NCBI GenBank assembly: GCA_030390025.1
Contig: CM059432.1
Coordinates: 104,658,001-104,722,000, forward strand
From: Squalus acanthias
Lineage: Eukaryota
DNA length: 64,000 nt
Direction: 5' to 3'
Part shown: positions 10,869 through 24,311 of the stretch, piece by piece
How positions within the stretch are numbered: the first letter of the stretch is position 1
How the letters are laid out: every line of letters starts with the position of its first letter
Program-made: the position numbers and the translations under genes
The notes under the pieces: model-generated
Databases searched by the model: none
What the model saw: only the letters and a program-made list of their open reading frames with translations
What the model was told of the DNA's origin: nothing

Positions 10869-12116
10869 ATGCCTGAACAAGGCAGAGAAAGGGCACCTCG
10901 GTTCCATAGTGGGCCAGCAGGCCTTCCAGACACACTGGGAGGAGATAGCCAAAGTGGTCAGTGCCGCCAGTCGTTCCCCCAGGGCCTGGATCCAGTGCTG
11001 GAAGAAGTTTAATGACCTCACACGAGTGGTCAATGTCAGTGAACGCATCTTCAAATGCCCTATCCCACCAACTGCACCACTAGCCTCACACACTGCTCAA
11101 TGCACCACACCCCCATTACTCACCTACCAACAATCTCTAGCAATCACAACTCATACCTTACAATCATAGCGTCATCTCACCCTCACACGCGCATCACTGT
11201 TGCAAGCCTCACACTCACATCTCACACCTTGCACACAATGTCAGTTGTTCAACCATGACAGGCACATCACCCAAATACATTGCAGCACACTCACTGACAC
11301 TCTTCCCTTTCTCTTGCAGGCCAAGGTGGCGCTTAACCGGTGCCAGCAGGAGCTAACAGGCGGGGGGGCAGGCACGGCTGCAGAACCTGACCCAGCTGGA
11401 GGAGACAGTTCTGGATATAATTGGAGGGGCTGTCACTGACGCTGTGGTGATCGGCGAGGCTGAAAGCATTGATGATGACAGTATGCTCATACCTAATCCT
11501 TCTTCTCACATCCCACTTTTCCCTCGTCCCACAATTTCTTCTCACTTACAAGCTACTGATGGTGTAAGCATGCACATCTTGCTTTCCCCGCCTCCCCTCA
11601 CCACAACCCGACCCTTGTGCCTTTATCCTTTCAGATACTCAAGAACTGCCACCAGCCCAGCCTGTGCAGGAAGAAGTACAGGAGCAGAATAATAGAGAAG
11701 AGACACCGTCACTCGATCTGACACTCCCAGGTGCCAGCTCAAAAAATGGCACTGCGCGAACTTTAGAGGGTAGTGTATAAGCGGGATCTCCATGTGGTGA
11801 GTCTCCAGGCATGAGTGGGCTCCAGCCAGGCCAGGGAGAAACTGTAGCTTCCCGGAGAGCCAGGCCACACACAAGTTTTGCTGCAGAGGATGACTTCAAT
11901 AGGGCGGCGTTCAGAAGAAGGGTGATGGGCATGCACACAGAAATGCTTGGTGCAATGGCAGGCCTGCCAGAGAGCCTCTTGTCACTGTCAAGGAGCATGG
12001 AGGAGTCCCGCCCCAAACTTGCACAGGGATTTGCGTGGAGCTTGGGGCCCAGGCTTTCCAGGATGGAAGTGATGGGCAACTCCATTAGAGCACTTGTGGA
12101 CCCAACCATGATGTAA
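10869..12116 (+). pseudogene. Harbinger Myb/SANT DNA-binding protein remnant with probable introns
   Basis: WEEIAKVVSAASRSPRAWIQCWKKFNDL. Candidate GT donors at 11035 and 11481; pyrimidine-rich AG acceptors ending at 11319 and 11634. Confidence 0.7.
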
Positions 12117-12264
12117 TATTGTACTTAATCATTTATAAATTATGTTTGGAATGTTTGCTTTGTGGTGGCTTTTATTTCAGCATTGTGGCCAAGAGGACGC
12201 TGCAATGTTCCGTGTCAGAGGGATGGTAAGATGGGGAAGCGTTTAGCAACGGAGATCTGGGGTT

Positions 12265-13957
12265 TCACTCAGGGGAAGCGGAGTCTGATGATGCGCTCAT
12301 GGACAGCCCGTCCGAAACGGGGATTTGCAGGCTGCCTCCTCCCTTCCTCCTCCTCTTCATCATCCTCCTGAGGAATCCGTGGTGGCAAGGGCTGCACCCT
12401 CATGATGGCTAAGTTGTGGAGGATTTTTTTTTAATATTCATTCATGGGATATGGGTGTCGCTGGCAAGGCCAGCATTTATTACCCATCCTTAATTGCCCT
12501 TCAGAAGGTGGTGGTGAGCCGCCTTCTTGAACCACTGCAGTCCGTACTCCCACAGTGCTGTTAGGGAGGAGTTCCAGGATTTTGACCCAGCGATGATGAA
12601 GGAACGGCGATATACTTCCAAGTCAGGATGGTGTGTGACTTGGAGGGGATCTTGGAGGTGGTGGTGTTCCCATGCGCCCGCTGCCCTTGTCCTTCTAGGT
12701 GGAAGAGGTTGCAGGGTTGGGAGGTGCTGCCGAAGAAGCCTTGGTGAGTTGCTGCAGTGCATCTTGTAGATGGTACACACTGCAGCCACGGTACGCCGGT
12801 GGTGGAGGGAGTGAATGTTTAAGGTGGTGGATGGGGTGCCAATCAAGCGGGCTGCTTTGTCCTGGATGGTGTCGAGCTTCTTGAGTGTTGTTGGAGCTGC
12901 ACTCATCCAGGCAAGTGGAGAGTATTCCGTCACACGCCTTACTTGTGCCTTGTAGATGGTGGAAAGGCTTTGGGGAGTCAGGAGGTGAGACACTCGCCAC
13001 AGAATACCGAGCCTCTGACCTGCTCTTGTTGCCACAGTATTTATGTGGCTGGTCCAGTTAAGTTTCTGGTCAATGGTCACCACCAGGATGTTGATGGTGG
13101 GGGATTCAGCGATGGTAATGCCGTTGAATGTCAAGGGGCGGCGGTTAGACTCTTGCTTGTTGGAGATAGTCATTGCCTGGCACTTGTGTGGCACGTAGGA
13201 TGCAGCAGACCACCACAAATTGGGACACCCACTCCGATGAGTACTGGAGAGCTCCTCCCAAGCGGTCAAGGCAGCGGAGTTGTTGCTTGAGCACCCTGAT
13301 GGTCTGCTCAATGAGGTTCCTTGTGGCAGCATGGCTGTCATTATATGATAGCTGGCCATGAGTGGTGGGGTTGCGGAGGGAAGCCATCAGCCAGGTGTAG
13401 AGCGGATAGCCCTTGTCGCCGAGCAGTCACGCTCAGGTTCGATGTGGTGGCTGGAAGATTTCTGGCACAGTGGATTGGCGCAGGATGAAGGCAGCATGAC
13501 TGCTGCCAGGATAGCCAGGCATTCACCATCATGATGTGCTAGATGTGGTCGCACAACAACTGCACATTAAGCGAGCTGGGGTTACGATACATCTTAGCAT
13601 TGATATGGGGCGCCCACAGCCATGTGTGTGCAGTCGATGGTGCCCTGCACCATGGGGAAGCCAAATACCCTGTCAAAGCCATTTGCGCACTCCTCATGCT
13701 TCTCTCTGTTTAGAGAGAAGACAATGAAGTCCCTTCTCCTAGAGTACAGAGCTTCTGTGACCTCCCAAGATGCAGCGATGGACATCAAACTGCAAGTTGT
13801 TTGCTATGTCACCTGTTCCAGCCTTGAAGGATCCGCTGGTGATAAAATTCAGGGGCACGGTGACCTTGAGGGCCACTGGCAGTGCCATCGTCGCCCTGCT
13901 CTGAGGCTGCAGGTCTGGTTCCAAGAGGTGGCAGAGTTCAGTGACCAATGTTTCATC
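12265..13957 (-). pseudogene. Harbinger DDE transposase remnant
   Basis: ELCHLLEPDLQP, FPMVQGTIDCTH, GDKGYPL-type segment, [27 protein letters not shown] (split by the LINE insertion), acidic tail. Confidence 0.85.
12425..13196 (-). mobile_element. 5'-truncated non-LTR retrotransposon (CR1/L2-group RT C-terminus)
   Basis: TIDQKLNWTSHIN...LSTIYKAQVR..EYSPLAW...LDTIQDKAARLI. A-rich tail at the left end; 5-bp direct repeat AGGAT at 12420-12424 and 13197-13201. Confidence 0.85.
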
Positions 13958-15562
13958 TAATTTTCCTCCCAGGATAACTCTCAATGATCAAGTTATCAAG
14001 AGTCATAGGTGCTCTGCTGTGGTATTGGCTGTTACAAATAAAAAATGGGACCAAATCCAATTCTTCTGGGCTAATGGGAGAATTTGTCAATTTTAACAAA
14101 AAAGAGAGTTATTGGTGTTGAAAGTGCCAGGCTGCACCACACTTCAATAATGGAATGAAAGGGCTGCTTTGGGACCCAGTAGCTCTGCCTGGACCAGCTC
14201 CCGCTAAGCAACATAAACTCAGCTCCCACCCGCAGGATTGCAGCAGAATCACTCAGTAACACTCCACTCCCCTGAAGTTAGTGCAGAGAGAGTCATTCAT
14301 AAGACTCAAGTCTGCATTTCTGCTGCTACCATCCAACTCCAACGACCGAAAGTATAGACCGAAATAAACTCACAACTCTATGTGATCGAGCTATTTTTAC
14401 TTGGAACTGAAAATATTCAACAGGAAATGCCAACAAAATATTTCTCCCTTTCTACAATTATTTCTTAATACTTATAAAAGACCTGGCAGAAATCTTGAAA
14501 AGTAAGGCTTGTGAGGATGTGTGGGGGGAGAAAAGGCAGGTGTGAAGTGACTTTATTTATTGAAAGTTCTGGGTTCTCTCGGGTGTTCTGCAGGTCCTGA
14601 GAAACTTCTTTCAATGTGCTGTAGATGTGGGTAGTGGACTCCTCCCACTTATCCATCATCCCAGCCATATGCGTGGAAACCATGTGCAATGCCTGCACAT
14701 GAGATCAATGCTCCCTAATCAATGCTCTATTGAAGAATGAGCCCGAGATTAGGCTCCTCAGTGGAGGAATGGCCCTCTTCCTCTCATCCACTTTCAGATC
14801 CTCATCTCATTAGTCTCAGTCGTGACAATCCATCTGACTGTCTAACTAGATCCTCGTGTGTGGGTATCTCTGGGAAGATGCCAGATTACAGTTAGAACAA
14901 GGTAGCAGCTATAGATCTAGAAGTGTCCAGTAATCATCGGAATGACTGGCAACTTCCTCCAAGGCAACCATTATAATGGAAAGACAAAAGAGCTTGCTTG
15001 CACACAGTGACATTTGCCCTTGAAGAACTAGAAGGTATGTGGGTTGCAGTACTTTAATAAAGCTCAAGAAGCTGAAACTACATACACTGAGCCTTACCCA
15101 ACCTTTACCAACCTTTACCAACCTTCTCACCTCCAAACACACCCTCTCCTACAGGCTCTCCTGTACGTTTGCCTATTAAATCTAAAGCCTCCACTTCCTG
15201 CAGAGTCAGGGTTTTCAGTGATGGTGCCCTCCCACAGTTGTCCTAAGTCCTGTGCCCTTGGTTGTATGCCATTTTTTTCCTTTGGAAAGAGAAGAGACAA
15301 TATTACAGGTCTGTGAGTGTCATGGAGACTTTCCCCGTATGAGGTCATGCATGCCATGACGATCAGAGGTGAAGATACCTTGTCCCTTTAAAAGAATTGT
15401 CCTTGAAGACTAATAGAAGTCCTTATAGCAGGCACAAAGAGTTGACAGAGTAGTTTTGAGTAAAGTAGGTGCTTGAGTGCTTGAAGAGGTTGCCCTTAAC
15501 AGCAATGAGTTCCCATGACATCCAGGTGCTGAGAAAGAGGTAAAGAGGAGAGTGACCCTGTC

Positions 15563-17363
15563 TGAGTGAGCATTGGTCCTATAGAAAGTGAGTCTGGGGA
15601 ATTAATAATGGGAAATAAGGAGATGGCAGTTGAATTGAACAGGTATTTTGCATCTGTCTTCACTATAGAGGATACAAGTAACATCCCAGAAATAGCTGTA
15701 AATCAGGAAATGGAAGGGAGGGAGGAACTCAAGAAAATTACAATCACCAGGGAAGTGGTACTGAGCGAATTGTTGGAGCAGCGGGCTGACAAGTCCCCAG
15801 TCCTGATGGACTTTATCCTAGGGTCTTAAAAGAAATGGCTAGTGAGATAGTTGATGCATTGGTTTTAATTTTCCAAAATTCCCTAGATTCAGGGAAGGTT
15901 CCATTAGATTGGAAAATAGTGAATGTAACTCCTTTATTCGAAAAGGGAGGGAGACAGAAAGCAGGAAACTACAGGCCAGTTAGCTTAACATCTGTCATAG
16001 GGAAGATGTTAGAAGCTATTATTAAAGACGTTATAGCAGGGCACTTAGAAAAGTTCAAGGTAATCAAGCAGAGTCAACATGGTTTTGTGAAAGGGAAATC
16101 ATGTTTAACCAATTTATTGGAGTTCTTTGAGGAAGTAACATGTGCTGTGGATAAAGGGGAACCGGTGGATGTACTGTACGTAGATTTCCAGAAGACATTT
16201 GATAAGGTGCCACATCAAAAGTTATTGTGGAAAATAAAAGCTCATGGTGTAGGGAGTAACATATTGGCATGGCTAGAAGATTGGCTAGCTAACAGGAAAC
16301 AGAGAGTAGGCATAAATGGGTCATTTTCTGGTTGGCAAGATGTAACGAGTGGTGTGCCACAGGGATCAGTGCTGGGGCCTCAACTTTTTACAATTTATAT
16401 AAACAACTTGGATGAAGGGACCGAAGGTATGGTTGCTAAATTTGCTGATGACACAAAGATAGGTAGGAAAGTAAATTGTGAAGAGGACATAAGGAGGCTA
16501 CAAAGGGATATAGATAGGTTAAGTGAGTGGGCAAAGATCTGGCAAATGGAGTATAATGTGGGAAAATGTGAAATTGTCTATTTTGGCAGGAAGAATAAAA
16601 AAGAAGCATATTATCTAAATGGTGAGAGATTGCAGAGCTCTGAGATGCAGAGGGATTTGGGTGTCCTAGTGCATGAATTGCAAAAGGTTAGTATGCAGGT
16701 ACAGCAAGTAATTAGGAAAGCTAATAGAATGTTATTGTTTATTGCGAGGGGAATTGAATACAAAAGTAGGGAGGTTATGCTTCAGTTATACAGGGCACTG
16801 GTGAGACCACATCTGGAGTACTGTGTACAGTATTGGTCTCCTTATTTAGGGAAGGATGTAAATGCGTTGGAAGCAGTTCAGAGAAGGTTTACTAGACTAA
16901 TACCTGGAATGGGCGGGTTGTCTTATGAGGAAAGGTTGGACAGGCTAGGCTTGTATCTGCTGGAGTTTAGAAGAGTAAGAGGTGACTTGATTGAAACATA
17001 TAAGATCCTGAGGGGTCTTGATGGGGTGGATGTGGAAAGGATGTTTCCTCTTGTGGGAGAATCTAGAACTAGGGGTCACTGTTTAAAAATAAGGGGTCGC
17101 CCATTTAAGACAGAGATGAGGAGAAATTTTTCTCACAGAGGGTCGTGAGTCTTTGGAACTCTTCCTCAGAGGGCGGTGAAAGCAGAGTCTTGGAATATTT
17201 TTAAGCCAGAGTTAGATAGATTCTTGATAAGCAAGGGGGTGAAAAGTTATCGGGGGTAGGCGGGAATGTGGAGTAATCAGATCAGCCATGATCTTATTGA
17301 ATAGCGGAGCAGGCTCGAGGGGCTGAGTGGCCTACTCCTGCTCTTAATTCATATGTTCATATG
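15563..17363 (+). mobile_element. 5'-truncated CR1 LINE with an open RT domain (15835-17148)
   Basis: NYRPVSLTS, QHGF, DFQKTFDKV, SGVPQGSVLGP, KFADD, RPHLEYC; CR1 3' UTR and TCATATGT-type tail. Confidence 0.93.
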
Positions 17364-17513
17364 AGTGGTAGAGAATATACATTGGTACCAGAGCCTTGAC
17401 TCACTTTGACTACCTTTCTGAGGTTATTGAAACTCTTTCTGTATTGTGTGGCAGTTCTTAGCATAGTGGAGATTGCACGGACACCTCCCTCCAGACAGCC
17501 TGCACCATTCTCC

Positions 17514-18018
17514 ATACAGCCCCTCGAGCCTGCTCTGCCATTCAATAAGGCCATGGCTGATCTTCGACTTCAACTCCACTTTCCCGCCGATCGCCATTCC
17601 CCTAGAGTCCAAAAATCTATCTATCTCAGCTTTGTATATACTCAACGATTCAGCATCCACAGCCCTTTGTGGTAGAGAATTCCAAAGAGTCACAACCCTC
17701 TGAGTGATGAAATTCTTCCTCATCTCTGTCTTAAATGGCCTACCCCTTATCCTGAGACTATGCCCCCTAGTTCTAGACTCTCTAGCCAGGGGAAACAACC
17801 TCTCAGCATCTACCCTGTCAATCCCCCTCAGAATCTTGTATGTTTCAATGAAATCACCTCTCATTCTTCTAAACTCCAGAGAGTATAGGCCCAATCTACT
17901 CAATCTTTCCTCATAGGACAACCCTCTCACCCCAGGAATTAATCTAGTGAACCTTCGTTGCACTGCCTCTAAGGCAAGTATATCCTTCCTCAGATAAAGA
18001 GGCCAAAACTGTGCACAG
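17514..18018 (-). mobile_element. CR1 3' fragment (minus strand)
   Basis: QRRFTRLIPG...GLYSLEFRRMRGD...RTRGH on the minus strand. Confidence 0.88.
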
Positions 18019-18893
18019 TAAGGAAGAAAGCTGTAGACTGCAGGAAGATATCAATGACTGGTCAGGTGGGCAGAAAAGTGGCAAATGGAATTCAATCCGG
18101 AGAAGTGTGAGGGAATGCATTTGAGGAGGGCTAACAAGGCAAGGGAATACACTCTGAATGGTAGGATACTGAGAAGTGTAGAGGAACAAAGGGATCTTGG
18201 AGTGCATGTCCACAGATCCCTGAAGGTAGCAGGACAGGTAGATAAGGTGGTTAAGAAGGCATACGGAATACTTTCCTTTATTAGCCAAGGCATAGAATAC
18301 AAGGGGGTAGAAGTTATGCTGCAGCTATACAAAACCCTGGTTAGATCACACCTGTAGTACTGTGAGCAGTTCTGGGCACCACATTTTAGGAAGGACATAT
18401 TGGCCTTGGATGGAGTGCAGTGTAGGTTTACCAGAATGAGAATTAGGCTAAGTTACGAGGAGAGATTACACAAATTAGGGTTGTATTCCCTAGAATTTAG
18501 AAGGTTAAGGGGTGATCTGATCGGAGTTTTCAAGATCTCAAAGGGAACAGATAGGGTAGATAGAGAGAAACTATTTCCGCTGGTTGGGGATTCTAGGACT
18601 AGGTGGCATAGTCTAAAAATTAGAGCCAGACCTTTCAGGAGTGAAATTATGAAACACTTCTACACACAAAGGGTGGTAGAAGTTTGGAACTCTCTTCCGC
18701 AAACGGCAATTGATGCTAGATCAATTGTTAATTTTAAGTCGGAGATTGATAGCTTTTTGTTAACTAAAGATATTAAAGGGATATGGGCCAAAGGTTGGTA
18801 TATGGAGTTAGGTCGCAGATCAGCCATGATCTCATTGAATGGTGGAACAGGCTCGAAGGGCTCAATGGCCTACTCCTGTTCCTATGTTCCTAT
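18019..18893 (+). mobile_element. CR1 3' fragment
   Basis: MEFNPEKC...QRDLGVHVHRSLK and RT C-terminal motifs; ends with TTCCTATGTTCCTATG. Confidence 0.88.
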
Positions 18894-19484
18894 GAGAGCA
18901 GGGAAGTTATGCTTGAACTGTATAAAAAAATAGTTGGGCCACAGCTAGAGTACTGCATACAGTTCTGGTCACCATATTACAGGAAAGATGTGATTGCACT
19001 AGAGAGGGTACAGAGGAGATTTATGAGGATGTTGCCAGGACTGGAGAATTTTAGCTATGAGGAAAGATTGGATAGGCTGGGGTTATCATCTTTGGAACAG
19101 AGGAGGCTGAGGGGAGACTTGATTGTGGTGTATAAAATTATGAGGGGCTTAGATAGAGTGGATAGGAAGGACCTATTTCCCTTAGCAGAGAGGTCAATAA
19201 CCAGGGGGCATAGATTTAAAGTAATCAGTAGAAGGATTAGAGGGGAGTTGAGGAGAACTTTTCCACCCAGAGGGTGGTGGGGATCTGGAAGGGTGGTAGA
19301 GGCAGAAACCCTCAGTGCATTTAAGAAGTACTTGGATATGCACTTGAAATGACGTAACCTACAGGGCTACGGACTAAGAGCTGGAAAGTGGGATTAGGCT
19401 AGATAGCTCTTTTACGGCCAGCACAGACACAATGGGCCAAATGGTCTCCCTCTGTGCCATAAATTTCTATGATTCGATGATTCA
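18894..19484 (+). mobile_element. CR1 3' fragment (different subfamily)
   Basis: SREVMLELYK..QLEYCIQFWSP...TRGHRFKV; ends with TTCTATGATTCGATGATTC. Confidence 0.88.
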
Positions 19485-20129
19485 TAAAGCTACCATCGTA
19501 CCTCATGCAACCCATTACTAGCAGAGAATTAAAACTCCCTCTGGGTGCTAGGTATTGAGTGCATCTCTCCACAAACCAGCTCAAATACTTTTAAAAGTGC
19601 CTGGTGCTGTGGCTCAATGAAAAAGTATTTTCTGGGATGTTGATTAGAGATACACAGAGGAGACCCTCGTGATAAGCCTTTCAGGATATACAAGTGACTT
19701 TAAGTGTGCAATAATGCCACCTGCCCATGTTGCAGGGTTAAACACTCATTGAGATCTGCTGAGGTCAATTACCAAACAACAATGAGAATATTTTTTTCAA
19801 TTCAAGGGTATAATCAATTCATACATTGACAACTTACATTACACAGTTAGAATAATCAAATTCAATTCTCTCTTTGACCAGCCAGGTTCTCCCCCTATTC
19901 TCTTATCAGGGGTAGCTCTGTTCTTGCATTCAAATATTAGAATTAAAATCAGTTATACTGTATCTTGTCTGGTTTGATAGATAGCAGTGGATACAATATT
20001 GTGTTGTATACCTTTAGTTTGTCTGCTGTCCTCTTATGCCATCTAGGGGTTGAATATACTGCTGCACCACTGTGCTGAGCTATCAGACTGGATATTAGAT
20101 ACAAACAGACCCGTTTTGTTTTCTCTTCC

Positions 20130-20500
20130 AATTTCCCCCAAATTTTCTTCCCATATCTTTCTTCTGAAAGCAGTGACTCATGCTATTATACAGTTATACA
20201 AGCACTAGCAGCCTTCTAATACTTATCTAACTGGCTTTGTTCGCTTGTGAATATTGACACTGAGTATTAACTATGGGCCATCACAGCAATCATGTGCTTC
20301 ATCTAACATCTACACAAGCACACTGTGGCAGGGTCTACTCAAAAGAGATCAGTAGTAGGAACCTTGATCACTTTCTTTTTCTTCTCTATCCTGGGACAGT
20401 AAGGCTAATTGTAACACTCTTCACCTGCCCAAGGTTGGTTAAATTGGCACAGACCAAGGTTCAAGCCTGGGGCCTTGCTGGTCTATATGGTTCAGCAACA
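20130..20500 (-). repeat. Old interspersed repeat (SINE-like), related to 7880-8225
   Basis: Loose similarity by eye only. Confidence 0.3.
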
Positions 20501-21279
20501 AACCATGCAGTATAATTACCCATCTTGCCCATGGGATGGAGGGGGGAGGGGGTCTAGATTTTAGTGTAAGAATTTAATAGTCTCAACTCATTTTCTCCAA
20601 TCAGATTTCCACTTTTTTTTCTTTTGCTGCACAAGATCCAGCAGCTAGCAGGACCCCTGTAAACTGCAGACAGTGTCAAGTGCACAGAAAACCATTGCTT
20701 CGGAAATATTCATGGAATCAACGAGTTTCCCCAACATGTAGCCGGAAGAGGCTCCCAAAGCTCCCCCTCACTGGAGAGGCATGGCACTTCACTATGTAGT
20801 TATTAGTAGCGTGCCATTTCCTTTATTTTCCAATTGTATTGTTCAATGTCGCAAAACCTTGGACCATCAGTTAACTTCTTTGTCAAGAGGGCAGCTTTTA
20901 GCTGTTGTGAGCAGGATGCTGGCCCTGAGATAGCAGGTCACTGCCAAGAAAGAGCGGCTGACAGCTTTTGTACTGTGAGCGATCCATTCAAGCACTCAGC
21001 CATACTCGAGGAGAATACTGGTGCTCGGGCAACAGCAATGATCTTGGAGAATAGTGCCAAAAACCACTAACTTCCCTTCAGAGGCTGGCAATAGGACTCT
21101 GTTTAAGCATGCATAGCTTCAGTGTTTCAGAGCACAGTTCTGATCCACAAGGAGGTTTCCAGTAAGCTTGAAAACTGTCGACTAATCTCACTGATATTAG
21201 CGCCTCTAAAGCAGTTCTTTGGGCTGTCACACACATCAAATGCTCTGGAAAACAATGGACCAATTAGAAAGGAGCGGAC

Positions 21280-22000
21280 AGCATTTTGCTCTTGTAAGGA
21301 ATGTGTAGGACAGAGTTGTGGCACTACATGAGCTTGCAGAACATCATAAGGCTCAGGGAAATCGCACTTACATTGTGTTCATTGATTTTTGTAAAGCTTT
21401 TCACCTAGCATCTCATATAGCCCTCAAGTTGAAGCTGAAAACATTGGCAGTACAAGGCCAAATCTGCCTGGGATTCCAGCTCCAAGATTTGTGTTACTGT
21501 CCATGGGAGATTCACTGAACCTATCGCTCTCAAAAGAAGAGTGACACAAGGTTGTCATCCTATTCAACGACTTCATCAATGATGTGGTGGATGGTATCAC
21601 ATGGGGCAGCCTCAGAGCATCTCTTTCAGGCTTATCTGAAAATATTGTGACACTCGTTTTCACAGATGAAATTGTGTTGTTGGCAGAATCACCCAAATTT
21701 CTGCAGAGGGTCTCCTGCTCATTCACCGTAACGTCAGCAGAAGAGCCACAGAAACGCCGGAAAGGTGACGTTTTGTGGACAAGCGGGAGAATCTCTTCAG
21801 AAATTCACCCCCCTAGTACCACCATCTTGAACAATGGGCTCACTAGTAGGACATGATGGTGGTGCCCCCAAATGCAGTATTATGGCCTTCCTATAGCTCA
21901 AGAGAGGACCTTGAAGGGTTTGATATACAAGGGGCACCTATCCTGATTGTTGATTCATATCAGTACTTGGAAGTCTTGGTGGCTGTGACTTCTGCTTGGA
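21280..22000 (+). pseudogene. Highly degraded non-LTR RT remnant
   Basis: TYIVFIDFCKAF, VTQGC, FTDEIVLLAES (FADD-like) and YQYLEV pieces occur in order across frames. Confidence 0.5.
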
Positions 22001-22506
22001 CAGAGTCTTCAGGGGTTGCACCAAGAATGAGTGAAGGATGCTTTTGTCTTTCTCGTCTTTCTCCAACAACAGCAAAAACCTCAATACATGCTTCTGGCAT
22101 ATAACATGTGCATCTAAACAGTTCTTCTTTACAGTTCTGAACTCTTAGGCATGCAATGGAAGGGCTTCTTCTGGATCATGTGCAAGGTCTAGGACCAAGC
22201 TGTGAGATGGATTTATGGCAGAAAGAGAAGCAGCTTCAGGGAGGGAAAGCTCTCGACTACCTTGATCTGTCACTGAGTACTCTGAAGGGGAGTCAGCCTC
22301 ACAAAAGGCACTCCATTTTGCTAAAGCTCCTCACATGAGAACCTGGATTAAGCAATTGGTGACAAATATGCCTGGTACAGGTCATTGCACTTGGTATGAA
22401 GTAGACTGCCCTATATAGGTCCTTCCTGCACACTGAAAGCAGGTGTCCATTATACAACCAAAGAGGAAACTCAGAAACTTGGGACGACAACTGGAGGTTG
22501 AGTAAA

Positions 22507-22775
22507 GAAAAGAAAGATCTTGCATTTATGTAGTGCTTTCACAACCTCAGGACGTCTCAAAGCACTTCACAGCCAATTAAGTATTTTTGAAGCGTAGTCA
22601 CTGTTCTAATATGGGGAAACATGACAGCCACAGCAAGTCTCACAAACAGCAATGAAATAAATAACCAGATAATTTGTTTTAGTGATGTTGGTTACGGGAT
22701 AAATATTGGCCAATATTTAGGGAGAACTCCCTTGCTCTTCTTCGAAAAGTGCCATGGAAGTTTAGGAACACACAT
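22507..22775 (-). mobile_element. DeuSINE-type SINE (SacSINE1-like), 3' part
   Basis: Reverse complement of the Deu-domain and L2-like tail; homologous to 39945-40290. Confidence 0.7.
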
Positions 22776-24311
22776 TCAAATATCCAAGGATTATTGCCTA
22801 CTATTATTGGATTATGGAAGCAAGTAGCTGCTGCCGAAACTCTGCACCTCCAACTGATGGAACCACTGTTCAGTGGGATATAGTGCATATCCATACTATG
22901 GTCAGCAGGATGATGGCAAAGTATTGATAGATCCTAGGATGAGTTGTGCTGCTCACCATGCTGCTTGTGTGAAGCTCTTGATAATTGCTGTCCACATAGT
23001 GAGGGCTAAAACTCACACTTGTCAGTTATCTGATGACCAATTAGTGACTATCCCCATTGGCAGGAATTAAGTGGATTGTTTTTGTGGAGGGCGGGGTGGG
23101 GGGGCGGTCAAGGTGGCTCCAAGATTATATAGCTCACAGAGGAAGCTCAGAACCAAGTCAACACCCCGCGATGGACTTGGTAATCAGACACCTCAACCAG
23201 CCGGGTCCATAGTACTCCAGAGCATTCTTAATAATTGACCAGGCAGCAATGTTCCCTTTAATTTTTTTTGTACTGAGCGGGCCACGAACTCCTTTTTGTC
23301 CATGGGCAAATTTTACAACAGCAACATCAACCAGTTAAAAACAGATATACAGTAATGCCAAATTGTCACCCCATCGTCTCAAATCATGATACAATCAGAC
23401 AGACTCTTAAAAATCATGAAATCAGTTGCTCTTTTTTGGATAATAAACCTCATTACTGGCTTTATTTAATCTCTAACATGTCACAGCTCTTACAAAAACG
23501 ATATTACACGTGTTAGAATTTGCTCTGTGTCAATCTGTCAGGTGTCCCATCAAAGTTAATCATAACATCTATGGGTTATTGTTTAATTAGGATTGTTGTC
23601 TTAAATCAGTGTTCTGTTAGTCACTTGAGTAGTAACAAATTCAGTCTTCTGGTTATAATCATTTTATTCTTTAACTTCAACGTAAAAAGCAATTTACAAG
23701 CAGAGTATAGTCACAGATAGAACACGTGACCCTAGGCATGGGACTTTTTGTGCTGCTTGAACAAAGGAAAAAGCTTATATTTATACACTGTTTTTATCAA
23801 ACTGGAGCTGGCGTGGCCTAATATGCTAGTCTCTGGCTACTGCATAGTCCAGAGACACAAGTCTACATTTCTTTCAACATACTTCAACGTTAGATGCACA
23901 TAAAAACATCATGGCCTTGCTGTGGTAAGCATAACCCTTCTAGTCTCTAGATATTCTTATCATAACATTTCTAATCTAAACATTCTATTATTGAAATATC
24001 CAGGGCCGGTTGGTTGCAAACACCGGCTGTTGCTAAGTGAAATCTGTGTGTGTGTGTCTCTCTCTCTCTCTAATGATAACAACCATATTTTTCCCTATAT
24101 TGAATGAACTAAACATGAACACTTTTCAGAAGCTGAATTAACCGAGTTCCATATGCCAACATGTCCTACTTTTTTTTTCCCTGATGGGTTAAGTTACCTC
24201 TTAGCAAAGTGTTTTATATCCTTCTTTGCCTTTAATAATCCTGGCTTCCTCTTAGTGCCCTTGCTATCTCCTTACTTTTCCTTATATTTTCTATGTCCCC
24301 CATCACTTTCC

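Larger units (their letters stand above)
10578..13957. mobile_element. Two-gene PIF/Harbinger element (Myb/SANT-like gene on +, transposase on -), truncated on the right and interrupted by a LINE
   Basis: Left terminus GGGGCTAAATT...; convergent Myb-like and DDE transposase remnants. The transposase portion is homologous to 4867-5600. Confidence 0.85.

Noticed and set aside
12490..13359. 289-aa ORF as a novel gene
   Set aside because: A chimeric read-through from out-of-frame Harbinger sequence into a truncated LINE RT C-terminus.
4867..13957. Domesticated host HARBI1 or NAIF1-type genes
   Set aside because: Two frameshifted, interrupted paralogous copies with transposon termini indicate transposon fossils.
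14465..14800. Possible remnant of another Harbinger second ORF on the minus strand
   Set aside because: Only weak resemblance to 11900-12010 (…MEES…); too degraded to support.
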